Below the pieces are notes generated by a model. That model saw only the letters and a list, made by a program, of their open reading frames with translations, did no database searches and was not told the origin of the DNA. Shown piece by piece: positions 8,938-18,247 of a DNA stretch of 64,000 nt (position 1 is the first letter of the stretch; every line of letters starts with the position of its first letter). A program made the translations under genes and the position numbers. Source of the DNA: an uncultured Chloroflexia bacterium (GTDB lineage: Bacteria; Chloroflexota; Limnocylindria; Limnocylindrales; CSP1-4); the NCBI GenBank assembly GCA_963833225.1, contig CAWHXD010000019.1, positions 160,001-224,000 of the forward strand, given 5' to 3'.

Positions 8938-9666
8938 GTGAGCTTCCTGGAGCGGGTCGACCAGAGCATCCGGCGAAGCCCGGTGTGGCGGTCGATCTTC
9001 CGCAACCCGTACCCGGACGACGAACGCAGCCGGGCATACGCGGTGATGAACAACGTGTTCCTGCACCTGCACCCGGTGCGGGTGCGGCAGCATGCGGTCA
9101 AGTTCGCCTATACGTTCTGCCTGGGCGGGCTGTCGTTCTTCCTGTTCCTCGTGCTCACCGTCACCGGCGTCTACCTGATGTTCTTCTACGTCCCGTCCGA
9201 TACGCAGGCGTACAGCAACATCCTCGACATCCAGTCACGGGTGACGTTCGGCCTGCTGACCCGCAACATCCACCGGTGGGCCGCCCACCTGATGGTGTTC
9301 TTCGTGTTCCTGCACATGATGCGGGTCTTCTACCACGGGGCCTACAAGCCGCCGCGCGAGTTCAACTGGGTCGTGGGCGTGGTCCTGCTGTTCCTCACGA
9401 TCATGCTGTCGTTCACGGGCTACCTCCTCCCGTGGGACCAGATCGCCTACTGGGCCATCACCATCGGCACCAACATGGGCGGCTACGCGCCGTTGTTCAA
9501 CACCCCCACCAAGCTGCTGCTCCTGGGCGGCATCGAGGTGGGCCAGAACACGCTGTTGCGGTTCTATGTGCTGCACATCATCGTCCTGCCACTCGTCGCC
9601 GCGATCTTCCTGGCCGTCCACTTCTGGCGGATCCGGAAGGATGGAGGGATCAGTGGGCCGCTCTGA
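8938..9666 (+). CDS. Cytochrome b6-type (N-terminal) subunit of a Rieske/cytb complex
   Basis: FCLGG (heme ci Cys), [40 protein letters not shown]. Confidence 0.95.
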   Translation: MSFLERVDQSIRRSPVWRSIFRNPYPDDERSRAYAVMNNVFLHLHPVRVRQHAVKFAYTFCLGGLSFFLFLVLTVTGVYLMFFYVPSDTQAYSNILDIQSRVTFGLLTRNIHRWAAHLMVFFVFLHMMRVFYHGAYKPPREFNWVVGVVLLFLTIMLSFTGYLLPWDQIAYWAITIGTNMGGYAPLFNTPTKLLLLGGIEVGQNTLLRFYVLHIIVLPLVAAIFLAVHFWRIRKDGGISGPL

Positions 9667-9690
9667 TCGCCCGACCCTGGGGTCCTGCGA

Positions 9691-10308
9691 ATGACCGACA
9701 CCAAGGCGCCGAACGAGACGCGGGTCGTCCTGCCGGTGGACCCGACTCGCCGGACGGAGATCGACAAGCAGCGGGTGCCGATGTCGGCCCGCCCCTACCG
9801 CCTGCTGGCGCTGGTCAAGCAGGACGCCGTCGTGCGGGTCCAGAAGGAGCCGGACGACACGGTCATGACCTGGCCGCACCTGCTGGCCATCGAGTTCATG
9901 GCGGCAGCCCTGATGAGCGTGTTCCTGCTCCTGATGGGCCTGTTCATGAACGCGCCGCTCGAGGACCTGGCGAATGGCAACGTCACCCCGGCGGTGGCCA
10001 AGGCGCCCTGGTACTTCCTCGGCCTGCAGGAGCTGCTGGCCTACTTCCACCCGACCGTCGCGGGCGTCATGGTCCCGACCTTCGTGCTCGTCGGGGCGGC
10101 GCTGATCCCGTTCGTGGACCGCGGCAACATCCTCGCGGTGCGGCCATCCGAGCGGAAGACGGCCGTGGTGCTGTTCTCGCTGTTCGCGGGCCTCGGCCTG
10201 TTCCTCACCTTCGTCGGGATCTTCTTCCGGGGTCCCGGCTACTCCCTGGTCATCCCGTACCTCACGTTCTTCACGAACGGGGTACCCGGCCTTCATTTCG
10301 CCCTCTGA
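9691..10308 (+). CDS. Subunit IV (cytochrome b C-terminal part)
   Basis: TWPHLL, KAPWYFLGLQELL, three TM helices, PFVDR. Confidence 0.9.
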   Translation: MTDTKAPNETRVVLPVDPTRRTEIDKQRVPMSARPYRLLALVKQDAVVRVQKEPDDTVMTWPHLLAIEFMAAALMSVFLLLMGLFMNAPLEDLANGNVTPAVAKAPWYFLGLQELLAYFHPTVAGVMVPTFVLVGAALIPFVDRGNILAVRPSERKTAVVLFSLFAGLGLFLTFVGIFFRGPGYSLVIPYLTFFTNGVPGLHFAL

Positions 10309-10327
10309 TGCGAAGGAATCCGGAGTC

Positions 10328-11002
10328 ATGAGCAACTACCACGTCGAACCGGCAGACAAGCCCAAGGCGCTCACCAAGGAGGCCCTCAAGGCCGTCCGCC
10401 ACGAGCAGGTCCAGGGCGTCTCGCGCCGGGAGCTGCTGCGGGGCTCGCTGGCGGCGGGGCTCGGCCTGTGGTTGCTCGAGGTCTCGGCGGGGACCATCGG
10501 GTTCCTGTGGCCGAACCTCCAGGGCAAGTTCGGCGGCCTGGTGCGGATCGGCACCCTGGACGACGTCAAGTCCGCCAACTCGGCGCTCCCCATCGACGAG
10601 GGGTTCCCCGCCTACTACTCGTCCGCCAAGGCATTCGTGATCCTGGTCGACCCGTCCCAGCAGCGGTTCGTGCAGGGCGAGGACCCGACCGGCGATGGCA
10701 CCTCGGTCAACGTCCGCGCGCTCTACCAGCGCTGCCCGCATCTCGGCTGCAAGCCCAACCCCTGTCTCAAGAACTTCTGGCTGGAGTGCCCCTGCCACGG
10801 GTCTCGCTACGACCGGCTCGGGATCAAGGCCGCGGGGCAGGCGTACGGGCCCGCGCCGCGCAGCATGGACCGCTTCGGCGTGATCGTGGACGACTCCGGC
10901 GTGCTCACCATCGACACCGGCAAGCTCACCCTCGGCCCCCTGCCCGTCGCGGTCGGCCAGCCGGGGATCATCCCGCCACGGACCCCGACCGGGTGCATCT
11001 GA
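10328..11002 (+). CDS. Rieske [2Fe-2S] protein with Tat motif
   Basis: SRRELL, CPHLGC, CPCHGS, GPAPR. Confidence 0.95.
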   Translation: MSNYHVEPADKPKALTKEALKAVRHEQVQGVSRRELLRGSLAAGLGLWLLEVSAGTIGFLWPNLQGKFGGLVRIGTLDDVKSANSALPIDEGFPAYYSSAKAFVILVDPSQQRFVQGEDPTGDGTSVNVRALYQRCPHLGCKPNPCLKNFWLECPCHGSRYDRLGIKAAGQAYGPAPRSMDRFGVIVDDSGVLTIDTGKLTLGPLPVAVGQPGIIPPRTPTGCI

Positions 11003-11042
11003 TCTCGTTGCGACCCCACCCGACCGCCCACCGAGGAGACCG

Positions 11043-12122
11043 ATGACCGACCAGACCGGCCGCCCCCCCGAGGAGCGTCTGCCCGCGCCGCGGCCGTCGT
11101 CCGCGCCCGCGCCGGCCGACCGCTTCTCGGCGCCGCCGTCGGCCCGCCGCAACGACCTCACGCCCGAGCGGGCCGGCCGGATCGTCCGCCAGTCCGCGAA
11201 CGCGCGCTGGGTGGGCTTCCTGGCCGTGACCCTCGTGGGCCTGTTCGTGATCGGCTACTACTTCTACGAGCTGGGCCTGCCTGGCGGCCTCTCCGAGCCG
11301 CGCCTGGCGCAGGCCGCCGCCGAGCAGCAGGTCGTGGCGGTGGAGCGCGGCTACAACCTGTTCGAGGCGAACTGCGCCCAGTGCCACGGCACCAAGGGGG
11401 AGGGCGGCATCGGTCCCGTGCTCAACCGCCAGGACAAGCTGTTCGCGCACCTCAACCCCGACTACCTGCGCAACGTGCTCACCGCCGGTGGGCGCTACGT
11501 GTGCGGCAACGCCGACAGCGTCATGCCCGTGTGGTCGAACACCGGCAATCCGCCGGGACCGCTCAACTACAAGCAGATCGACGACCTGATCGCCTTCATC
11601 CGGGCCAAGAAGGGGACCGAGTACCGGGTGCTGGACCCGGCGCTCGCCGAGCCCACCATCGACCCGGTCACCCACAAGCCGGTGACGTTCGAGGGCTGGG
11701 TGGACCCGGCCTACCAGCCGGCACCCGGTGCCACGCCGTACCCTGCGTGCTGGGCAGACGAGTTCTCGAACCCGCAGCCGTCGAGCGCCCCGTCCTCTCC
11801 CGCAGCGTCGGGTGAGCCCGGCGCGTCGCCCGCCCCGGCAGGCGTCGTCGTCAAGGAGATCGCCAAGGGGATCCAGTTCGTGAACAAGGACCTCTCGGCG
11901 CCCGCCGACACGCCGTTCCAGATCGAGTTCGACAACCAGGACGTGGGCACCCCGCACAACATCGAGATCAAGGACGCCAGCGGTGCGGTCGTGTTCAAGG
12001 GCGAGATCTTCGCCGGCCCCGCCGTCAAGACCTACGACGTCCCGGCCCTGCCCGCGGGCACCTACCCCTTCGTGTGCACCGTGCACCCGAACATGATCGG
12101 CACCCTCACGGTGGGAGGCTGA
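11043..12122 (+). CDS. Membrane-anchored cytochrome c fused to a C-terminal cupredoxin domain
   Basis: TM helix, CAQCH, candidate axial Met (VMP), then PHNI...CTVHPNM type-1 copper ligands. Confidence 0.9.
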   Translation: MTDQTGRPPEERLPAPRPSSAPAPADRFSAPPSARRNDLTPERAGRIVRQSANARWVGFLAVTLVGLFVIGYYFYELGLPGGLSEPRLAQAAAEQQVVAVERGYNLFEANCAQCHGTKGEGGIGPVLNRQDKLFAHLNPDYLRNVLTAGGRYVCGNADSVMPVWSNTGNPPGPLNYKQIDDLIAFIRAKKGTEYRVLDPALAEPTIDPVTHKPVTFEGWVDPAYQPAPGATPYPACWADEFSNPQPSSAPSSPAASGEPGASPAPAGVVVKEIAKGIQFVNKDLSAPADTPFQIEFDNQDVGTPHNIEIKDASGAVVFKGEIFAGPAVKTYDVPALPAGTYPFVCTVHPNMIGTLTVGG

Positions 12123-12126
12123 CGCG

Positions 12127-13578
12127 ATGGCCCAGACCGCCCTCCCCTCCCCGCAGCACGTGACGGCCCGCCGTCGCACCCTGTTCGGCCTGCTTGACGC
12201 CGACGGCTGGAGCTGGGCTTTCGTCAAGTCGCTGTTCTGGTTCGTGCTGATCATCCTCATGCTCGGGTACATCCCGGACCGCGCGTACTACTTCACCGTC
12301 CAGCGGACGGTCGACGTGGGCATCCTCGCCTTGTCGCCGGTGAACCTCTGTCCGGCCGAGAACGGCGGGCTTCCGTGCCCCGCTCCGGCCGGCGCCACCC
12401 TCGCCTGGGAGTCGAGCCCGGCCGAGGTCAACCTGCCCGCGACCCGCACCGACGGCGCGGCCGGGATCATCGGCCAGACGATCCTGTTCGCCGGTGGCTC
12501 CAACGGCACGGCCGCGGTCGCGGACACGTACGTCACGCATCTCAACCAGGGTGACAACCTCAACGCCTGGGCCGCCGCGCCGGCGCTCCCCGAGGCGCGT
12601 GCCGACGCGGCCGGCGTCGTGCTTGGCAACAGCCTGTACGTGATCGGCGGCTACGGCCCGGACGGCCAGCCAACCAGCACGGTGTACAGCCTGACCGTCG
12701 CCAACGACGGCAGCCTTGGCGACTGGGTCACCGAGGATGCGCTCGCGCTTCCTGAGCCGCGTGCCGGTGCCGCCGCCGTGGCCGTCTCGGACGGCATCGT
12801 GCTGATGGGCGGGACGGCGACGGCCGATGCCGCCGGCGCCACGCGCAGCGTCTGGAAGGTCCAGCAGGACGCGACGGGCAAGCTTGGGACGTGGGCCGAG
12901 CAGACGCCGCTGTACGAGGAGAACGTCGACGGGTTCGCCGCCCATTTGGGCGACGTCATCTTCCTGGTGGGTGGTCGCAAGGCCGACGGCAGCGTCGTGT
13001 CGACGGTCCAGCAGGGCCTCGTCGGTGGCAAGACCGCCACCGCGGAGGACCCGAACGCGATCCTGGCGCTGTGGCGCGCGAGCGATCAGACCAACCTGCC
13101 GGGCCCGCGCACGGATCTCTCCGGCTTCACCGCCAATGGCGCCCTGTACGTGCAGGGCGGCTCCGACGGGGTGGGCCCGCGCGCCGAGACGCTGTGGGCG
13201 ACGCCGGATGCCGAGGGCGTGATCCCGGAGTGGCTCCACCTGGCCACGAGCGACCTTGGCACGGGCGTGGCAGGCGCCGCCGCCTTCGCGTCCGGCTCGC
13301 ACGCGTTCACGATCGGCGGCACCACCTCGAGCGGTCCGACGGCCGGCCTGGCGCGGGTCAACCTGGCCCCGCAGGAGCCGTACTTCCAGCTCGGCCTTCT
13401 TGGCGCGGTCGTCCCGGCGCTCAAGCTCGAGGGCGAGATCGGGCAGCAGATCGGGTACCTCAATGCGGCCGGCGCCGCGACCGTGGACTTCGTGATCCTG
13501 CTGCTGGTCGGCTGGGGGTTCGCGCACAAGGACCGGGTGCGGGCCTTCATTGCCAGCCGGAGGCGCGGCCGGGACTGA
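12127..13578 (+). CDS. Kelch-repeat membrane protein
   Basis: Repeated LP-x-x-R...(I/L)Y(V/L)xGG...W units; TM helices at both ends. Confidence 0.8.
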   Translation: MAQTALPSPQHVTARRRTLFGLLDADGWSWAFVKSLFWFVLIILMLGYIPDRAYYFTVQRTVDVGILALSPVNLCPAENGGLPCPAPAGATLAWESSPAEVNLPATRTDGAAGIIGQTILFAGGSNGTAAVADTYVTHLNQGDNLNAWAAAPALPEARADAAGVVLGNSLYVIGGYGPDGQPTSTVYSLTVANDGSLGDWVTEDALALPEPRAGAAAVAVSDGIVLMGGTATADAAGATRSVWKVQQDATGKLGTWAEQTPLYEENVDGFAAHLGDVIFLVGGRKADGSVVSTVQQGLVGGKTATAEDPNAILALWRASDQTNLPGPRTDLSGFTANGALYVQGGSDGVGPRAETLWATPDAEGVIPEWLHLATSDLGTGVAGAAAFASGSHAFTIGGTTSSGPTAGLARVNLAPQEPYFQLGLLGAVVPALKLEGEIGQQIGYLNAAGAATVDFVILLLVGWGFAHKDRVRAFIASRRRGRD

Positions 13579-13604
13579 TCAGCCGGGGCCGACGCCCCGC
13601 GGTG

Positions 13605-13974
13605 TCAGGGGGTGAGCTGCCCCTCGCCATCCTCGATCGGGCCGTGCTTCACCGGCAGCCCCATGCGCTGCCAGCCGTCGATTCCCCCGGCCACGTTCCC
13701 GACGTCCTCGTATCCCTGCTGGAGCAGGAAGCTGGTGACGCTGCTCGATCGGGACCCGGTCGCGCACAGCACCATCAGCGGCCGGTCCCTCGGGATGTCG
13801 GCGAGCCGGACCCCGATCTGGGACATCGGGACGAACAGCGAGCCCTCGACGCGCGCCTGGCGGAACTCGTCGAGCTCGCGCACATCGAGGACGAGCGGCC
13901 GGACGGGCGGGGTCCCTGCGGCGAATGTCGGCGTAGAGCGGGTCGAGGGCCGGGATGCCCATGGGCCGGTTCAT
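13605..13974 (-). CDS. Rhodanese-like domain protein (one frameshift near 13900)
   Basis: MNRPMGIP... frame joins ...LVLDVRELDEF...LCATGSRS...GGIDGW frame. Confidence 0.75.
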
Positions 13975-14402
13975 GCGCGGGGGATCCTCCGGATGACGGG
14001 GGCGGGGGCGATCGCGCCGAACGCCGGATCCGCGAGGCGAGCATCCACGTCGGCGAGCAGGGAGGGGACATCGACGCCCCAGGCGACGCCGGCGGGCCCC
14101 GCCAGGGCGAGGTGCTTCCGGGCGCCGGCGAGGTTCTTGGCGATGCCGGGGGGATTGCCGCGACCGGCATGGACATACGCCGCGGCGACCTTGATCAGCC
14201 CCTGGTGGAGCGCCCGCTCGGCGAGATCGGCGGTGCCCATCCAGGCCGGCTCAAGCGCCTCGTGGGCCTCGAACGGCTCGCCGGCGGCATACAGCGCGAG
14301 GCCGGTCTCGAAGGCCGCCCGGCGGGCAGCCTCGGGGAGCGGCCGGTACGCCTTGTCCCGATCGCCCTGGCGGATCAGCATCGGGCGGTTGACGGCGCCC
14401 AT
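13971..14402 (-). CDS. DUF309 domain protein
   Basis: GEPFEAHEALEPAW...QGLIKVAAAYVH...GN motif. Confidence 0.85.
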   Translation of the reverse strand: MGAVNRPMLIRQGDRDKAYRPLPEAARRAAFETGLALYAAGEPFEAHEALEPAWMGTADLAERALHQGLIKVAAAYVHAGRGNPPGIAKNLAGARKHLALAGPAGVAWGVDVPSLLADVDARLADPAFGAIAPAPVIRRIPRA

Positions 14403-14404
14403 CG

Positions 14405-14848
14405 TCAGGCGCTCGCCGCCCCGTGCGGAAGGGCCTCGAGGGGCTTGCGGCCGGCGTACCCCTCGTCGGTGCCGTGCCAGAACTCCACGCGGTCCTCGCC
14501 CAGTCGCCAGCAGAGCCAGACCTGGCGGCCACCGGCGAGGGCCGGGAAGTCGAGCAGCCCGGTGGGGATGTCGCGGAGCACGATGCCGCGCTCGTCAAGC
14601 CAGGCCACGTCCGCCTGCATCTGGTCCACGATGCCGCGGATCCGGAGCCGCAGCCGTCGCAGCTCGGGGTCATCGCCGGTGGGGACGGCCGCCTCCGCGA
14701 TGAGGTCATCGACCAGGTCACCCTCGCGCTGCCGGAAGGCGTCGCGCGCCTCCACGATCTCCGTGCGCTGGTCGCGCAGCCGGGTCACGACGACCGCGAG
14801 GTCGGGGACCAGGGCGTTGGCCTCGATGGGGCCGTAGAAGCGGGACAC
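14405..14848 (-). CDS. DUF2203 family protein
   Basis: EANALVP...RDIPTGLLDFP...VWLCWRLGE...WHGTDEGYAGRKP; GTG start at 14848. Confidence 0.85.
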   Translation of the reverse strand: MSRFYGPIEANALVPDLAVVVTRLRDQRTEIVEARDAFRQREGDLVDDLIAEAAVPTGDDPELRRLRLRIRGIVDQMQADVAWLDERGIVLRDIPTGLLDFPALAGGRQVWLCWRLGEDRVEFWHGTDEGYAGRKPLEALPHGAASA

Positions 14849-15011
14849 CTCCCGATTGTAGCCGCGACCACATGCTTGGGCTCCCGCCGGACCTGGTTCG
14901 CCCACCGGGACGATGGCCCTGACCCGATGTGACCGGGTGCGAGTAACCCGTTGGGGGTATTGATCCGCAGGCAATTCCGGGGCACTCTGCCCCGTACCAC
15001 CTGGAGGCCCC

Positions 15012-16397
15012 GTGTCCATCGCCGTTTCTCGCCGCGCTCCGGCGCCTGTCGCGGACGCTCGCTCCCGAGCGCTGCCGGTGCTCGCCGCCGCTCTCGCGCT
15101 CCTCGTGGCCCTGTCTGCTGTGCTCGCCGCGGCGCCGGCAGCGGCCCTGGCCGGCACGACGCTTGCCGCCCGCTGTGACGTGAACATCCGGGTCAAGCCG
15201 TCGACCAAGTCGCGGATCATTCGCAAGCTGCCGGCCGGTGCGAAGGTGATCGCCGTCGCCAAGGTCTCGGGCAGTCGCTGGAAGGCGAAGTGCCATGGCA
15301 CGGCATACGCCGGCTCGCACTGGTGGAAGATCAGCTCGGTCAACGGCAGGAGCGTCAAGTCCCGCTACGGCGTGAAGTACGTGTACGCGGCGACGAAGCT
15401 GTTCAAGTCGGTCGTGACGCCCGTCGCTCGCGAGGCTGCCTGTTCGGGCGTCGCCCTGCGGACCAGCGCCAAGGTGGGCGGCACGCTCAAGACGCGGATC
15501 GACGAGGGCGTGGATGTCACCACGATCGCCGCGGTGAGCGGCGGCTCCTGGTCGGCCTCGTGTGCCGGCTCCACATCGGGCTCGAAGTGGTACCGCATCA
15601 CGGCGGTCAACGGGAAGAGCGTCGCATCGCTGTATGGGGTGAAGTACCTCTACGGGGCCAAGGGCCTGTTCCGCGCCCCCACCCCCACTCCCACCCCGAC
15701 CCCCACCCCGACACCGACCCCCACCCCGACACCGACCCCCACCCCGACACCCAGCCCTCCGTCCCCCTACGCCGAGGGCATCGACGTCAGCCACTGGCAG
15801 GGCACGATCGACTGGGCCGAGGTCGCGGGTGCCGGCAAGCGGTTCGCGTACATGAAGGCATCCCAGGACATCGACTACATCGACCCCACCTACGCGACGA
15901 ACCGTGCCCAGGCGAAGGCGAACGGGTTGTACGTCGGGGCCTACCACTTCGCCGAGCCCGGAACCGCGGCCGGCGACGCCGTGGCGGAGGCGGACCACTT
16001 CGTGGACACCGCCCAGCCGAAGTCGGGCGAGCTGCTTCCCGTCCTTGATCTCGAGCAGACGGGCGGCCTGGACAGGCCGACGCTCAAGGCCTGGGTCAAG
16101 GCCTTCCTGCAGCGCGTCTACGACCGGACGGGGATCCGGGCCGCCATCTACGTGTCACCCAGCTTCTGGTCCAACAAGATGGGCAACACGGCCTGGTTCG
16201 CCGCCAACGGATACCCGGTTCTGTGGATCGCGCACTGGACGACGGCCGACGCCCCCACGCTCCCGGCCAGCAACTGGGGCGGCTACGGCTGGTCGTTCTG
16301 GCAGTACACCTCAAGCGGCACCGTCGCCGGCATCGGCGGGCGCGTCGACCTCGACCGGTATCGGAGCCACGACCTGACGCCCGCCCTCATCCCGTAG
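15012..16397 (+). CDS. Secreted GH25 lysozyme with two N-terminal SH3-like repeats and a PT linker
   Basis: Signal peptide, GIDVSHWQG, GAYHFA, PVLDLE, WQYTS, VDLD; (PT)n linker near 15680-15760. Confidence 0.9.
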   Translation: MSIAVSRRAPAPVADARSRALPVLAAALALLVALSAVLAAAPAAALAGTTLAARCDVNIRVKPSTKSRIIRKLPAGAKVIAVAKVSGSRWKAKCHGTAYAGSHWWKISSVNGRSVKSRYGVKYVYAATKLFKSVVTPVAREAACSGVALRTSAKVGGTLKTRIDEGVDVTTIAAVSGGSWSASCAGSTSGSKWYRITAVNGKSVASLYGVKYLYGAKGLFRAPTPTPTPTPTPTPTPTPTPTPTPTPSPPSPYAEGIDVSHWQGTIDWAEVAGAGKRFAYMKASQDIDYIDPTYATNRAQAKANGLYVGAYHFAEPGTAAGDAVAEADHFVDTAQPKSGELLPVLDLEQTGGLDRPTLKAWVKAFLQRVYDRTGIRAAIYVSPSFWSNKMGNTAWFAANGYPVLWIAHWTTADAPTLPASNWGGYGWSFWQYTSSGTVAGIGGRVDLDRYRSHDLTPALIP

Positions 16398-16504
16398 CGG
16401 CCGGAACCGGCGCCACGCGGGGCGCCCCGGGGCGGTCCGTCGCCGGCGGGCCGGCCGGAGCCGGCCGGAGCCCGCCGCGAGTCACGCCGTAGACTGCTCG
16501 CCAC

Positions 16505-18247
16505 ATGGGTGACGATGCAACGATCCCGGCGAACCGCGCGCTGATCGAGCGCATCCGCGCCTCGGTTATCGGCGAGGACGAGGCGGTGGCCGGTCCGTAC
16601 GGGATCCGGCGGGTGACCTACGCCGACTACACGGCGTCGGGACGCAGCCTCTCGTTCCTCGAGGACTACATCCGCGAGGCCGTCCTGCCGCTGTACGCCA
16701 ACACCCACACCGAGTCGTCCGGGACCGGCCTCCAGACGTCGCGCTTCCGCGAGGAGGCAAGGCGCCTCGTGCTCGCGGGTGTCGGCGGCAACCCGGAGCA
16801 CCACGCCGTCGTCTTCTGCGGCTCGGGGTCGACCGCCGCGATCAACCGCCTGGTGGACGTGCTTGGGTGGCGCATCCCCGCCGAGCTCGATGATCGCTGG
16901 GACCTGCGCTCGCGGATCCCGGCCGACCAGCGGCCGGTCGTGTTCATCGGGCCCTACGAGCACCACAGCAACGAGCTGCCCTGGCGCGAGTCGATCGCCG
17001 ACGTGGTCACCATCCACGAGGACCGCGAGGGACATCCCGACCTCGGCCAGCTGCGCGCGGAGCTGGAACGCCATGCCGACCGGCCGATGCGGATCGGGTC
17101 CTTCTCGGCGGCGTCCAACGTGACCGGGATCGTGTCGGACACGGCGGCCATCTCGCGGCTGCTCCACGAGCACGGCGCGCTGTCGTTCTTCGACTATGCC
17201 GCGGCCGCCCCGTACGTCGCGATCGAGATGGACCCGCCCGGCGATCCGCTGGCCCGGACGGACGCGGTGTTCATCTCGCCCCACAAGTTCATCGGCGGGC
17301 CCGGGACCCCGGGCGTGCTGGTCGCGCGCCGCGAGCTGTTCCGGAACCGCGTGCCCTCGATGCCCGGCGGGGGCACCGTGGCCTACGTCAACCCGGAGGC
17401 GCATGTCTATCTCACCGACATCGAGCATCGCGAGGAGGGCGGTACCCCGGCCATCGTGGAGTCGATCCGCGCCGGGCTGGTGTTCGGGCTGAAGGCGGCG
17501 GTCGGCGTGGAGGCGATCCGGGAGCGGGAGGCGCAGTTCATCCGGCGGGCGCTCGACCGCTGGGCGGCGAATCCCGCCATCGAGATCCTGGGCTCGCTCG
17601 ACGCGGAGCGCCTCTCGATCGTCTCGTTCGTGATCCGCCACGACGGGCGCTACCTCCACCACAACTTCGTGGTCGCCGTCCTCAACGACCTGTTCGGGAT
17701 CCAGTCGCGCGGGGGCTGCTCGTGCGCCGGGCCGTACGGCCACCGGCTGCTGGGGATCGACATCACGACCTCGCACGAGTTCGAGCGCGAGATCACCCGC
17801 GGATGCGAGGGGATCAAGCCCGGCTGGGTCCGGGTGAACTTCAACTACTTCATCAGCGAGGCGGTGTTCGCGTTCATCCTCGACGCCGTGGACCTGGTCG
17901 CGACCGAGGGCTGGCGGCTGCTGCCGGACTACACCTTTGAGCCGGCCACCGGCCTGTGGCGGCACCGGGATGGCACCCCGGAACCGCCGATGTCGCTGTT
18001 CGACATCGCCTACGACGCGGCCGACGGGTCCATGCGCCGGCCCTCGCACCGGCACCAGGAGCCGGAGTCACGGCTGGCGGACTACGTGGACGAGGCTCGC
18101 GAGATCCTCGCCCGGCCTTCCCGGGCGCTCGCGTCGCCCACCATCGCGGCGGGCACCGTCGGCCCGGACTTCGAGGGCCTGCGCTGGTTCCTGCTGCCCG
18201 AGGAGGTGACCGGGGCGCTCGCCGCGGAGGGCGGAGCGCATGCCTAG
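16505..18247 (+). CDS. Class V PLP-dependent enzyme (cysteine desulfurase-like)
   Basis: YADYTASGR, EHHSN, SNVTG, SPHKF, RGGCSCAGPY. Confidence 0.9.
   Translation: MGDDATIPANRALIERIRASVIGEDEAVAGPYGIRRVTYADYTASGRSLSFLEDYIREAVLPLYANTHTESSGTGLQTSRFREEARRLVLAGVGGNPEHHAVVFCGSGSTAAINRLVDVLGWRIPAELDDRWDLRSRIPADQRPVVFIGPYEHHSNELPWRESIADVVTIHEDREGHPDLGQLRAELERHADRPMRIGSFSAASNVTGIVSDTAAISRLLHEHGALSFFDYAAAAPYVAIEMDPPGDPLARTDAVFISPHKFIGGPGTPGVLVARRELFRNRVPSMPGGGTVAYVNPEAHVYLTDIEHREEGGTPAIVESIRAGLVFGLKAAVGVEAIREREAQFIRRALDRWAANPAIEILGSLDAERLSIVSFVIRHDGRYLHHNFVVAVLNDLFGIQSRGGCSCAGPYGHRLLGIDITTSHEFEREITRGCEGIKPGWVRVNFNYFISEAVFAFILDAVDLVATEGWRLLPDYTFEPATGLWRHRDGTPEPPMSLFDIAYDAADGSMRRPSHRHQEPESRLADYVDEAREILARPSRALASPTIAAGTVGPDFEGLRWFLLPEEVTGALAAEGGAHA

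Noticed and set aside
8925-8940. Amber readthrough fusing the oxidoreductase to cytochrome b (TAG directly followed by in-frame GTG; similar at 50918-50923)
   Set aside because: An RBS (GGAGGAG) precedes the downstream start, so ordinary translational coupling explains it; no recoding machinery is seen.
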